Shown piece after piece: positions 37,061 through 49,230 of a stretch of 64,000 bases of DNA. Within the stretch, counting starts at the first letter, position 1; each line of letters starts with the position of its first letter. The notes under the pieces were generated by a model, which was not told where the DNA came from, did not search any database, and saw only the letters and a list, made by a program, of their open reading frames with translations. A program made the translations under genes and the position numbers. The DNA is taken from assembly GCF_009834535.1 (NCBI RefSeq), contig NC_045708.1, positions 31,062,001 to 31,126,000 of the forward strand, given 5' to 3'. The stretch is from Camelus ferus (Eukaryota).

Positions 37061-37171
37061 NNNNNNNNNNNNNNNNNNNNNNNNNNNNNNNNNNNNNNNN
37101 NNNNNNNNNNNNNNNNNNNNNNNNNNNNNNNNNNNNNNNNNNNNNNNNNNNNNNNNNNNNNNAGAACCGAG
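37061..37171 (+). CDS. TIE1: TIE1 exon 16 (mostly inside N gap 37031-37162)
   Basis: Only the last 9 nt, AGAACCGAG|gtgagc (K-N-R-G), are visible. The start is inferred by assuming the human 111-nt length. Confidence 0.6.
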
Positions 37172-37383
37172 GTGAGCCCCCAACTCATCACAGACCCCTT
37201 CTTCTAACCCCCAACATCAGCCATCACCTCCATATCCGTAGCTTGTGGGGAGCTTCAGGGCAGCTAAACATCACTACTCATTCTCCTTCGTGCTTTGGGG
37301 TCTCTGTCTAGCACCGTGGGGAAACTGCTGACGCCCCGGGTTGCCTATGTATCAACCGCCACCCTGTGCTCCTCACCTCCCAG

Positions 37384-37574
37384 GTTACTTGTATATCGCT
37401 ATTGAATATGCCCCCTATGGGAACCTGCTAGATTTTCTGCGGAAGAGCCGGGTCCTGGAAACTGATCCAGCTTTTGCCCGAGAACATGGAACGGCCTCTA
37501 CCCTCAGCTCTCGGCAGCTGCTGCGTTTTGCCAGTGATGCTGCCAATGGCATGCAGTACCTGAGTGAGAAGCAG
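37384..37574 (+). CDS. TIE1: TIE1 exon 17
   Basis: [63 protein letters not shown]; 191 nt. Confidence 0.97.
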
Positions 37575-37581
37575 GTGTGTG

Positions 37582-37624
<43 letters not shown>
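37575..37624 (+). repeat. (GT)n microsatellite beginning at the TIE1 intron 17 donor
   Basis: gtgtgtgagtgtgagt followed by (gt)17. Confidence 0.95.
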
Positions 37625-37625
<1 letters not shown>

Positions 37626-38578
37626 GGGGGAAGGTGGGCTAGAGGGATGAGGGGAGACCACGGGGATGACTTCAGGAGATAGTCAGCAGGCTCTATTTGG
37701 ATGTGGAATTGAGAAATAGAGAGGAGAATGTGACCTCGACTTGCTGGCCTGGGTGAGTGGGTGAGAACACAGGACGAGAAGCAGGTCTGGAGAAGGTGTT
37801 GCTTTCGAAGCATCCGAGGGATATCTTGGTGGAGGTGTTGGCTTAGCGGTTGTAGATGCCAGCCTAGAACTCAGTAAGGAAGCCTGGGCCAGAAATAACA
37901 GTCTGGGAGCTTCACCATAGTGATGCCAGTGGCCAGGGATGGGTGAGACTGACCAGGAGAGGATAGAGGGTGGAGCAGGCAGGGGAGGCCCAAGCCCCAG
38001 TTCAAGGACACCCTGCTTGAATGGAAGGAGAGACAGTAGCAGGAGGGGATGTGACATGAGAGGTCCACTTTAAAGTTGGTGAAGTCTTTAATATCTTTGA
38101 AAACAGAGGGGAAGGGGCCAAGGCAGAGGGAGGTCTTGGAGGAAGGTGGAGGGCCCAGTGGGGAGGATCTGGAACTCAAGAGAGAAGGTCACTTTGGGCA
38201 AGAGAAGGGCCTTTCCACTCTTATCAGTGGGGTGGGGGTGGAAGAGGTCCAGACAGAGGGGAATAGGAAGCATGCAAAGAGGGGAAGGTGCAGTGTGGTC
38301 ACTGGGGAAAAGCCCACTGTTGTTCCAGGAGAAGGATGCAGCCTGAGCTTGGCTGTGGCCCAGGTCACAAGAAGGAAGGGATAACAGCCAGCACTGTGGT
38401 TTTTCTCAGGCAGGAGTTGCTGATCTAGGATGGGGCCTGGGTAGGTGGGAAGAAGAGTAAGGGGCTACTAGAGGCATGAAGGAGCCCACGAAGGCAGCCA
38501 TGGGGCCGGATCCCTCCCTGGCCCCGCAGTCCAGGGCTCACACATCCCGTCTTCCCTGACTTCTGACCGTGCCTGCAG

Positions 38579-38692
38579 TTCATCCACAGAGACCTGGCTG
38601 CCCGAAATGTGCTCGTCGGAGAGAACCTGGCCTCCAAGATTGCAGACTTTGGCCTTTCTCGGGGAGAGGAGGTTTATGTGAAGAAGACGATG
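38579..38692 (+). CDS. TIE1: TIE1 exon 18 (HRD and DFG motifs)
   Basis: [38 protein letters not shown]|gtaag; 114 nt. Confidence 0.98.
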
Positions 38693-38803
38693 GTAAGTCT
38701 CATGCAGTCCTCCTCATCAGGGCCGGTACCTGGCTCTGCCCCCTAGAAGCTGCTAACCAGGCCCTTCCTCCTCACCTGATCCCTTCAACCCACTCTCTCC
38801 CAG

Positions 38804-38874
38804 GGGCGTCTCCCTGTGCGCTGGATGGCCATTGAGTCTCTGAACTACAGCGTCTATACCACCAAGAGCGACGT
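38804..38874 (+). CDS. TIE1: TIE1 exon 19
   Basis: [23 protein letters not shown](V); 71 nt. Confidence 0.97.
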
Positions 38875-39589
38875 GTGAGTTTGAGGGTGGGGAAGGGCAG
38901 GAGGGTTTGGCCCCCAAGGACGCTTGTAGGTGTAAGTGGACACACCTCAGACATGTCTCATATAGTCCAAAGCATGACTTGGCCGTCCCTAGGGTGTGTT
39001 CCCGGTGTGACACAAGTGTGACACAGATGTGTCTTGGGTATCAGTTGGCCATGCCCAGCATCTTGGTTGGAAAGTGGGGGCTAGCTGGAAGGAGTTTCAT
39101 CTTGGAAGGTGTTTCAGGAGAAGGATTGGAGTATGAGTGATTTAGGGCTGGGTTTGACTCAGAGACTGGGGGTAACTTGGAGAGATTTGGGGATGCTGGT
39201 AGATAATGCCTGGGTAAATGGAGAGACCACTCAAAGAATGCTTTCACCTTCCTCTCTGACGAGCAGGTCATCTCCACCTGAGGACCTAACCAGAGCATGA
39301 CCCCCCAAGACGCCCTCTCTGTGCTCCCTCCCCTAGATGACCCCCGCCCCTCACTCCTACCTTCAGGGAACCTGGCCTGCCCAGTGCTCTGGCCCTGGCT
39401 CTGCCCCTTGCCCCCAGCCTTTTGGCCTAGCCTGCCTGGCTCACTGTTCGCCACACCAACACCCCTCTGACCGCTGCGTGTCTACCTCCTGCTTCTGCTC
39501 CAAGACCCTCGAGCTTCCCTGCCTCCACTAGAACTCCCACCCTGGTGCTACCTGCCTCTTACCCACACAGATGTTGTTACGATGTAAGA

Positions 39590-39830
39590 GGCAGCTAAGA
39601 GCAAGAACTCTGGAGCCAGACTGCAAGAGTTTGAATCCCAGCTCTGCCACTTACTAGCTTTGTGACCTTGGGCAAGCTAGCTCGCCTCTCAGTGGCTCAG
39701 TGTCTCCATCTATAAAATGGGGATAATAATAGTCCCTATATCATAGAGTTGGTGTAGGGTTAAATGAATTAACATATGCATTGAATGATCGGTGCCTGGC
39801 CCACAGGAAGTGCACAGTAATAATGTTGAG
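39590..39830 (+). mobile_element. Near full-length MIR
   Basis: taagagc...ctctggagccagactg...gaatcccagctctgccacttactagc...gtgaccttgggcaag...aaaatggggataataatagt. Confidence 0.9.
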
Positions 39831-39991
39831 CCTGGGAGGGGCTGTGAAGAAGCTTCAATGGAGCAAAGACAACACTGGCCAAGGGCAGACACAAGGAGGG
39901 GCTGGGAGGGGCTGACAGCTGGGCTAGGTAGACATTGAGCTGCTGAGCCCCAGGGTCTAGAAAATAATGCAGTGTGTCCTCCTCATTTCAG

Positions 39992-40032
39992 TTGGTCCTT
40001 CGGAGTCCTCCTCTGGGAGATCGTGAGCCTTG
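39992..40032 (+). CDS. TIE1: TIE1 exon 20
   Basis: WSFGVLLWEIVSL(G); 41 nt, ttcag / gtgag. Confidence 0.96.
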
Positions 40033-40100
40033 GTGAGTCCCTCACCCCATTCCCCTGGTGCCCCCACCTTCGCCCCCCCCCCACCCTAGGCCCTGGCTGA

Positions 40101-40220
<120 letters not shown>

Positions 40221-40302
40221 TGAGTCGCCTCAGCCTTGAGCCCCATGACCCCCGCCACCCCAGGGGGCCCTGACCCTCATCTCAGCGATTCCCTATCTGC
40301 AG

Positions 40303-40402
40303 GTACGAGCTGATGCGGCAGTGCTGGCGGGACCGTCCCTACGAGCGACCCCCCTTTGCCCAGATCGCACTGCAGCTGGGCCGAATGCTGGAAGCCAGGA
40401 AG
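40303..40402 (+). CDS. TIE1: TIE1 exon 22
   Basis: [33 protein letters not shown]|gtgag; 100 nt. Confidence 0.97.
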
Positions 40403-41335
40403 GTGAGGAGCCTGGGGGTGATGGGGGCTGGGCTCACCAAGCTCACAGGGGGCCCCCTCATCGGAGCCAGACTGTGTCCCTGTCCCCACCGCTAGTGGCA
40501 CCACAGTCTGCCCGGGGCCCTGGGCCACAGCCCCCTCTCCAGCTCTCACTGGGCTGGGCACTTGGCCCCTCTGAACTCTTCCAAGGCTGCTGCTTAACCT
40601 CAGCAGCAGATCCTTCCCCCAGGTCCCAGGTCCCAGAATCCCTGCCTGTCCTCCTCTGCTGGGGCCATCAGCCCATTCTCATCTGGGACACCTCTCCTCA
40701 CCTGGCACAGAGCCAGAGTGGAATAATGCATGAAAGTTCACCTAACCAAGTGGGGGATGGATAAATGAACGGTATAGTAACTGAATGAGTGGAATCAGAG
40801 GATGGATGAAACAATAATCATACGAATAAATACACAATTAAATAACTGAATCTAATACCCATATCAATAAATTAATTATGAGATAAATGTAAATGAAGAA
40901 ATACATTAAAATAAATATGCAAAAAGTTCTTCATATGAATTAATGACTAAATACTTGGAAGAATAGTAAACTATCTTAAGAAGGAAGGTATGATCAAATA
41001 ACCATATATATGGGTAAATTATTAAAAATAGCCTTATGAATAGATAAGTAAATGAATGAATGAATGCATGAGCGAACAATTCATTGAATGAGGGCAGGAA
41101 AAAACTCCTGTCCAACAACTGTGATGAGGATCTCTCACCTGCGCCCCCCACCTGTGGTCTGATGACTTTGCTTCTCTGGGCCGGTGAGGACCACCCTTGG
41201 CCATGGGGTCATTTTGAGTCTCCAGAACAAATCAGTGTCTCTTCATATACCCCAACCACATGGAAGTCAAGGACCTCCAGGCCAGGGCACCCCCATCCCT
41301 GGCCCTCCCCTCCTAAAGTTTGCTCTGCTCCCCAG

Positions 41336-41407
41336 GCCTACGTGAACATGTCGCTGTTCGAGAACTTCACGTACGCAGGCATCGACGCCACCGCTGAGGA
41401 GGCCTGA
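41336..41407 (+). CDS. TIE1: TIE1 exon 23 coding part (C-terminal tail)
   Basis: AYVNMSLFENFTYAGIDATAEEA*; 72 nt including TGA. Confidence 0.98.
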   Translation, partial: AYVNMSLFENFTYAGIDATAEEA

Positions 41408-41776
41408 GCTGCCATCCAGCCAGAACCTGGCTCTGCTGGCCAGAGCAAACTCAGCTCTCCAACCTGTGACTTCTGATCCTTGCAGCCTGAGCTGCCTCAA
41501 GGAATTGCTTTTTAACTTAAGGAAGAAAAAAGGGGAATCAAGGGATGGGGTGGGCTTAGGGGAGTTGGATCCTCATCGTTTGCTGTTGCTCCCAGTGCCT
41601 CCTACATTACTGACAGCTGCCCTCATATCCTTCCTTCCAGTTGGGCTGCTCCACATGTGTGCTCTTCTGTTCCCTGCACTCAAACCCCGGCTTCAGCTCC
41701 TCCACCCGAGCCAGCACTCACACCAGTAGCATGCCCTGTTCAGTTCCTCCCCTCTCCCTGCCTTGTAATCAGAAGA

Positions 41777-41782
41777 AATAAA
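41777..41782 (+). terminator. TIE1: TIE1 polyadenylation signal
   Basis: First AATAAA I found after the stop, about 370 nt downstream. Confidence 0.8.
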
Positions 41783-43518
41783 TGCTCTAAGAAGCTCCAT
41801 TCCATGTCTGCCTATTACCTCTGATCAATCCCAGGGAAAAGTTAAACCAAAGAAGGAAAAACTAGACTTTCCAGGAAAAGAAATTAAACTAGTTATATTG
41901 TCATTATTCCAAGCCCTCTACTGGGGTTGCCTCTCCATGATGGGAGATGTTCTGAAAGACCCACTTTACACATATATGGCCCCACATCTCTGTTACAATG
42001 AGAAGTCCAATTTGCCCCTGGTCTCTTCCCTGCTTGGCAGCCTCTATCATCAATATAGTCTCCCTAAGTAGCTGCCAGCCTGGGATTCTTTGCTCTGTCC
42101 AAAAAAGTCATCCCAGGATTGGCTCTAGCCCAGCCATAGCTCAAACTGATTCTGGTCTGTTTTGAGCCCCAACTTCCTTACATCTCTAGGCAGCCTTCCC
42201 TGACTTGGTAGGCCACCTTACTTCTTGGCTTGTGGGCCCCAGAAGAAGAAGGCAGAGGTTACTTCCAGATTCAGCCAGCCACAGTAGGATCTCTTTGCCT
42301 TCCTCAGGGTCTTCATAATGTTCAGGGAGATGCTCCCTGTCCTGAAAGCTAGTCCCACATCACTATTCCCTGTTCTGTGGTCTTCAGGTTTGCCCATCCT
42401 TCGAATTTGTCACTGCCGGCCTCAGATTTCTCTCCCACTGGTTCTTAAGGAACAAGACTTGTTTTGCTTCACTTTTTTTTTTTCAGTTAATCAGATAAAA
42501 CCAAAGGAGACATGCCATGGTATGGCATTGTGGTTAAGAGCTTAGATTCTAAAATCACGTGGACCCATGTCCAAGTCCCTGTTTTATCACTTACTATTTC
42601 TGTAACCTCGGTCACATCACTTAACCTCTCTGAGTTTCAGTTTTCCCTTCTGAGAAAATGGGGTTAATAATAGTTACCTCACTGCTGTTAGCACTAGATG
42701 AGACAATATTTAGTCTCAGTTTAGGCAGGAACATTTTTCACAGTACTGGGACTTGGACATAATAAGTGTTCATTAAGTGTACATCATTACATACAAATGC
42801 AAGAAATTGGAGGGTGGGGTGGTGATGATCGGAATCTGTACTCCAGAAAGACTTGAATGGTTATTTAGAGTGTGGAACTGAATCTAAGAAGAAATTAACT
42901 GGATTAAATGGGTAGCTGTACAGGATGGGGGAGATGAGATTTGCTAGAATGAAATTTTATTTCAGATCCACTGCAGGGATATTAAGTCCAGGATGTGGGG
43001 ATTGAAAAGTCATCCCTGATGGAGACCAATATGTAAACAGAGATGTCCCTGTGGGGTAATACATATGTAAACAAACAATAAAATTCAGTGGGGTGTGCTC
43101 TAAGAGAGGGCAGGACCTGGGGAATACATAGAATGGAGATGGAGTTTGGAAAGCTTTTGCAAAGAAGGTGATATTTTAATCCGGGCAAAGAGCACACCAG
43201 AGTAAAAGATCTGGCAGAGGAAACAGCACCCTGACGTGTAGTATGTTCAGGAGATGCAAAGGATTCCCTGTGGCTGGAACAAAGTTGAGAACACAGCTCC
43301 ATGAGGGTAATGACTCCAGAGGGGTGACAGGGGCCAGCCGGGGCTGAACCTTGCAGGCAACATTAAGGATACGGGTCTTTATCCTAAGGGCAGAGGGCAG
43401 CCATGGAAGAGCTGGATGAGGGGTTGTGTCATGATCAGATCTGCATTTTTGAAAAGGTTATTAGCTACTACTACATGGGGAATGGATTACAGAGGAGCAA
43501 GAGTGAAGGTGAGGACAT

Positions 43519-46289
43519 AACCTATACATTAGATAACAGGTAAAATGGGCAAATTCCTAGAAATATGAGAATTACCAAAATGGACTCAAGAAAAAGTATC
43601 AATCTGAATAGACTAAGAACAAGTAAAGAGATTGAATTAGTCATCAAGAAACTCCCTACAATGAAAAGCCCAGGCCCAGATGGCTTCAGTGGTGAATTCT
43701 ACTACACATTTAAAGAATAAATACAAATTTTCCACAAACTCTTCCAAAAATCAGAAAAGGAAACAATAGCTCCCAATTCACTCTGTAAGCCAGTATTACC
43801 CTGATACTCAGAGCAGACAAAGACATCACAAGAAAACTATAGACCAATGTCTTAGTCTTATGAATAAGTCACAAAAATTTCTCAAGAAAGTAATAGCAAA
43901 CAGAATCCAACAACATATAAAAAGGATTATATAACGTAACCAGATGGGATTTATTCCAGGAGTGCAAGATTGCTTTAACATCGGAAAACCAGTTAATGTA
44001 ATACGGCATCATATCAATAGAATGAAAAACAAAAACTACATGATTATCTCAATAGACACGGAAAAAGCATTTGACAAAATCCAACACCCTCTCATGTTAA
44101 AAAAAAACACTAAAACTAAAAATAGAAGGAAACTTCATTAACCTGATACAAGACATTTACAAAAACCCACATGATACTTAATAGTGAAAGACTAAATGCT
44201 TTCCCCCTAAGAACAGGAACGTGACAAAGGTATCTGTTTCCCCGCTTCTACTCACCACTGTACTGGAGGTTTAGGCTGGGGCAGTTGGGCAAGAAAAATA
44301 AATAAACAGCATTCAGACTGGAAAGGAAGATGTAAAACTATCTCTGTTTGCAGATAACATGATTGTGTATGTAGGAAATCTAAGGACTCCACTAAAATAC
44401 TATCAGAACTATTAAATGAGTTCAGGAAGGTTGCAGGACATAAGATTTATATACAAAAAGCAGGTTTCTTTCATACACCTGCAATGAACAATCTGAAAAT
44501 GAAAATAAGCAAACAATTCCATTTACAATAGCATTAAAAAGAATAAAACACTTGGGAATAAATTTGGCAGCAGGCAAAACTTATACTATGAAAACAACAA
44601 AACATCAGTGAAAGAAATTAAAGTAGATCTAAATGAATGGAAAAGCATGTCGTGTTCATGAATTGGAAGACTTGATATTGTTAAGATAATAACACTTCTC
44701 AAACTGATCTACAGATTCAATGCAATCCCTATCAAAATGCCAGCTGGTTTCTTGGTCAAAATAGACAAGCTGATTCTAAAATCCGTATGGGATTGCAAGG
44801 GATCCAGAATAACCAAAACAATCTTGAAAAAGAAGAACAAATTTGGAGGACTGCCATTTCCCAATTTCAAAACATACTTCAAAGCAATAAAAATCAAGAT
44901 AGTATGGTACTAGCATGAGGATAGACAGATCAATAGAATTGAATTGAAAGTCTAGAAACAAACCCACGTGCCTATGGTCAATTAATTTTCAACAAAGATG
45001 CCAAGACCATTCCAGTGGGGAAAGAAGAGTCTTCAATGAATGATGCTGGGACAACTCAATAGCCATGTGCTAAAGAATGAATTGGACCTCTACCTAAATA
45101 CCATAAACAAACTTAAACTGGATCAAAGACCTAAATCCAAGAGCTAAAACTATAAAATCCTTAAAAGAAAACATAGGAATCAGTCTTCATTACCTCAGAT
45201 TTAGCAAGGAATTCTTTGATGTGACACCAAAAGTACAAGTAACAAAATTAAAAATAAATAATTTAGAATTAAAATTGAAAACTTTGGTGTATCAAAGGAC
45301 ATTATNNNNNNNNNNNNNNNNNNNNNNNNNNNNNNNNNNNNNNNNNNNNNNNNNNNNNNNNNNNNNNNNNNNNNNNNNNNNNNNNNNNNNNNNNNNNNNN
45401 NNNNNNNNNNNNNNNNNNNNNNNNNNNNNNNNNNNNNNNNNNNNNNNNNNNNNNNNNNNNNNNNNNNNNNNNNNNNNNNNNNNNNNNNNNNNNNNNNNNN
45501 NNNNNNNNNNNNNNNNNNNNNNNNNNNNNNNNNNNNNNNNNNNNNNNNNNNNNNNNNNACTTCATACCCATTCAGATGGNNNNNNNNNNNNNNNNNNNNN
45601 NNNNNNNNNNNNNNNNNNNNNNNNNNNNNNNNNNNNNNNNNNNNNNNNNNNNNNNNNNNNNNNNNNNNNNNNNNNNNNNNNNNNNNNNNNNNNNNNNNNN
45701 NNNNNNNNNNNNNNATTCCCATAGGACCCCATACTTCCACCTCCTATGTATACAGCCAGGAGAAATGAAAACATAGGTCCACACAAAAACAGTACGCGAA
45801 TGTGCATAAAAGCATTATTTGTAATAGCCAAAAAGTGGCAACAACCCAAATGTCCCTCGACTGATGATGAATGGATAAACAAAATTGATACACCCACAGA
45901 AGAAAATATTATTCAGCCATGTAAAGAGAATGAAGTACTGATACATGCTATAGCATAGATGAACCTTGAAACTACCATACTGAGTGAAAGAAACTAGCCA
46001 CGAAAGATCATCTGTGTATTGTATTTGTTTGTATTTCATTTGTATGAACTGTCCAGAACAGCCAAGTCTGCAGAGATATAAAGTAGATTACTGGTTGCTT
46101 AGGGCTGGGAGGAAGATGAGGGGATAGGAGGGTGAAAGCTAAAAGATACAGGATTTGTTTCTGAGGTTATAAAAATGATCAAAAATTGTGATTGCATCTA
46201 TCTGTGAATATACAAAAAAAAGTTGAATTGCACACTACCTGGAAGAATTGTACGGTATGTGAATTATATCCCAATAAATCTGTTAAAAG
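43519..46289 (+). mobile_element. Degenerate LINE-1 (ORF2 reverse-transcriptase region to 3' UTR), L1M-type, with N gaps
   Basis: ORF fragments [47 protein letters not shown] are L1 ORF2. Multiple stops and frameshifts; 3' end gtatgtgaattatatcccaataaa. Confidence 0.92.
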
Positions 46290-48002
46290 AGGGAGTGAGT
46301 GTGAAAGCAAGGAGCTCGGTGAGAAGTGATGGCGTGGTGTTGAGTTGGAAGAGACACTTCAATGAAAGAATGGACAGGGATTGGCCATAGGCGTGGAAGG
46401 AAAGGGAAGAAGGCATCTTGGATTATCGCCAAGCTTCTGTTTGGATGACTGCGTGGATGGACGTGCCAGGCACTAAAAGAACAAAAGCAGATGATACGTG
46501 GTACTTCATTGCCAGGCACTGTTCCAAGCACTCAGCACCCTTGAATTCTTCCCTCTTCAATAACCCTATTGGGTAAGTACTATCATTATCGTTACCATTT
46601 TGCAGAAGAGAAAACAGGCTCAGAGAGGTCAAGTAACGTAGCCAGAGTCTGGCAGCTAGGAAATCGCAGAGTTGGGATTCAAACCTTAGATGTTCTGGCT
46701 CTGGAGTTCCTCTTTTAGCCTCAGTACTTTGTTACCTCTCTGGCACAGGGGACAGGGCCAGATTGGGGTATAATACAGCTTTCAAATCCAATGTAAACAG
46801 TTTGGTTGCATACTGCAAGCCAGGTCCTGGGCTCAGGGAGGGCACCCTCCCTCATCAGAAGAGCTCACATTTCCACTGTGGCACCATCAGACCCAGGGCT
46901 CCACTGCAAACAAGGCAGAGAACTGTGGGTCACAGCACCTGGACCCTCAGCCTCATCTGCCCCACACCCATGTAGCTTCAGTCCTCACTGCCTCCCTCTA
47001 CAGCTGTAATCTCACAGGGGCAGGCCTGAATTGGACCAGGGTTGGAGCAAGATCATTTCCCAGAGAAACGATGGAAAAGGGAAGAGGGAAGGCCATGGCA
47101 TGCCCCTTGAAGCCCCATGAGGCCGGCAGCAGGCAAGGCAAACCCAAGCACTTTGTCCAAGAGGCCGCCCTGCAGCCGGTCCTGGGCTGCAGCAAAGGAA
47201 GTCCTACCCGTGAGCCCTGAGTCATTCCCCTCGGGCCCCAAGGAAGGGGTGATTTCCTGAGCAGCCCAGCCCGCTGGGCAGCTCAGTCTCCTCCCGCGGG
47301 CTGTGCGTCCCCTTATCTCGCTGCAGCCCTCTCCCAGGGCTTGGCCGGAGTGGTCTGGTCTTCATGTTTCCTCAGCAGGAAACATGGATTCAGGGGTCAG
47401 AGAGAGCCCAGCAGTGCAGGAGCACGAAGGACTGACCAAACTGGGTCCCCTGAAGCTCCCTCACTTGGGGTTCCCTGCTGGGCAGGGGTCCTTTTCCCAT
47501 TTACCTGAATGAAGCCTCCCCTGATGTCTGTTTTGAACCCAGCCTCATCCTGTGGGACGGACTCCGGCCTGGTGTGGCCCTGTGCCAGGCACATAATGTT
47601 AAATAAGTGACTACAGTGGAGGGAACAGGAGCCCCAGTCAGAGGTGTCCATGCTGTAGGTATCAGGACAGGCTTTGGAGTCAGACAGACCTGAATTCAAA
47701 TCTCAGTTCTACCCCTGGATTGTGACTTTGGACAACTCAGTTAATCCATCTCAGCCTCCACTTTCTCTTGTGTCAGGTAAGGACAAGGGCACTTAATCGA
47801 GTCCCTGTGTGATGTAATGAGACAATGTACTAGCACAGGGCTGGCAAACCCAACTTTTACCCCAGGAGGAGTGAGTTTAGATGACAGTCCTCTCTTGGCA
47901 GGGTTCACATCTTGTCTAGCTAAGGTGGAGGTATGCATAGCTGTTCATGTATAAAAGCACCCCAACAGAGGCACAGAATTCTAGGGAGACTCGGGGGAAG
48001 GA

Positions 48003-48004
<2 letters not shown>

Positions 48005-48057
<53 letters not shown>

Positions 48058-48121
48058 GAAATCTCCTCAAGGCTTACAACACTTTGGGGCTACCTTTTCC
48101 ATTTGTATCCAATTAGAATAG

Positions 48122-48170
<49 letters not shown>

Positions 48171-48238
48171 CTGAAATCTCCTCAAGGCTTACAACACTCT
48201 GGGTTTACCTTCTCCATTTGTATCCAATTAGAATAGCC
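48005..48238 (+). repeat. Tandem duplication of [(GT)n + 69-bp unique unit]
   Basis: (GT)25 at 48005-48054, unit at 48055-48123, (GT)22 at 48124-48167, unit at 48170-48238; 4 mismatches in 69 bp. Confidence 0.95.
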
Positions 48239-49089
48239 CCGTCTGTATTCCACATTCTCTGGGATGTCCCTGCCCTCCTCGGTTTTTGCTAGGACTCTAG
48301 TACGTCCTTGTGATCATCTGTCAATCTGAATTCCTGCTTCTGCTAAATTCTGATCACTGGGCTGCTTACTTTCTGAGACCAGCATCCTCTCTCAAGTCCA
48401 TGGGTATTGTTACCTTTCTCCCCTTGTTCCTAAAATACCACAAATATAAGGTTTTGTGTATGGAATACTTTTATGGAGCATTTAGGGACGCTTTAGGGAA
48501 GCTAAGCTTTCACAGAATAGGGGGTACACGTAAAACTAAGTACTAGCCATCACGGTTCTGCAATTTTCCTCCAACAGTCCCTCCACTGGAATTTCTCACT
48601 GGTAAAGATTTCTTCTCAGGTTGCTACCTTTCATGTACAAGCTCACCCTTGCCCTTTTTTCCCGGAGTTACACGCCTTAGACTCCAAAATTCTCATCAAT
48701 TTCATATTCAGCAAATGTAATTCTCCTTCTTATCAAGGCCATGCCCAAGGGTTCACCAACTTGTTTCTAATCACAAAAGAGCTACAAGGCCTCTGAAAAG
48801 ATGTGAAATTGCCTTTTTCTTTTTAAAATAACCCTTTTCCTTCATTATTATCCTTGGAATAAGTCTCCTAAGAAGTAATGACTCGGGGGAGGTCTTGAAT
48901 CACAAAGACAGTTCCAACAGGATGAGAGGTTGGACTCTGTGCTTGGGAGAGCAAGGAAACAGGGCCTGTGGCAGAAAAGGGGTTGAGCCTGGGAAAGAGT
49001 GAAGGAAGGATCACGAGGGAGAGAATCCAGGAACGGGGAGGTGAGAGGTGTAAGTGCTTCTGTTCCAACATCAAGAGACGAACCTTGCA

Positions 49090-49230
49090 GGGAGGGTGTA
49101 GCTCAGTGGTAGAGTATGTGCCTAGCATGCAGGAGGTCCTGGGTTCAATCCCCAGTCCCTCCACTATAAATACATACATACATACACCTAATTACCTCCC
49201 CTTACCCCAGCAAAAAAGAGTTTTAAAAAA
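49090..49230 (+). mobile_element. tRNA-Ala-derived SINE, Vic-1-like (camelid)
   Basis: gggagggtgtagctcagtggtagag...gggttcaatccccag with intact A and B boxes, tail taaatacatacatacatacacctaattacctcccc, A-rich end, and 12/14 flanking direct repeats (49074-49087 and 49232-49245). Confidence 0.85.

Noticed and set aside
40400-41800. Reported tie-1 antisense lncRNA overlapping the TIE1 3' region
   Set aside because: Known from the literature in other species, but nothing in this sequence lets me place a promoter, exons or a 3' end.
43944-44141. Reverse-transcriptase-like ORF as an active element or novel gene
   Set aside because: It is a fragment of a decayed L1 ORF2 surrounded by stops and frameshifts.
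47933-48238. CRISPR-like repeat-spacer appearance and Cys/Val-rich ORFs
   Set aside because: This is eukaryotic DNA with only two units; the ORFs are translations of (GT)n.
49090-49164. tRNA-Ala gene
   Set aside because: It has stem mismatches, a SINE-type tail, an A-rich end and a target-site duplication, so it is a tRNA-derived SINE.
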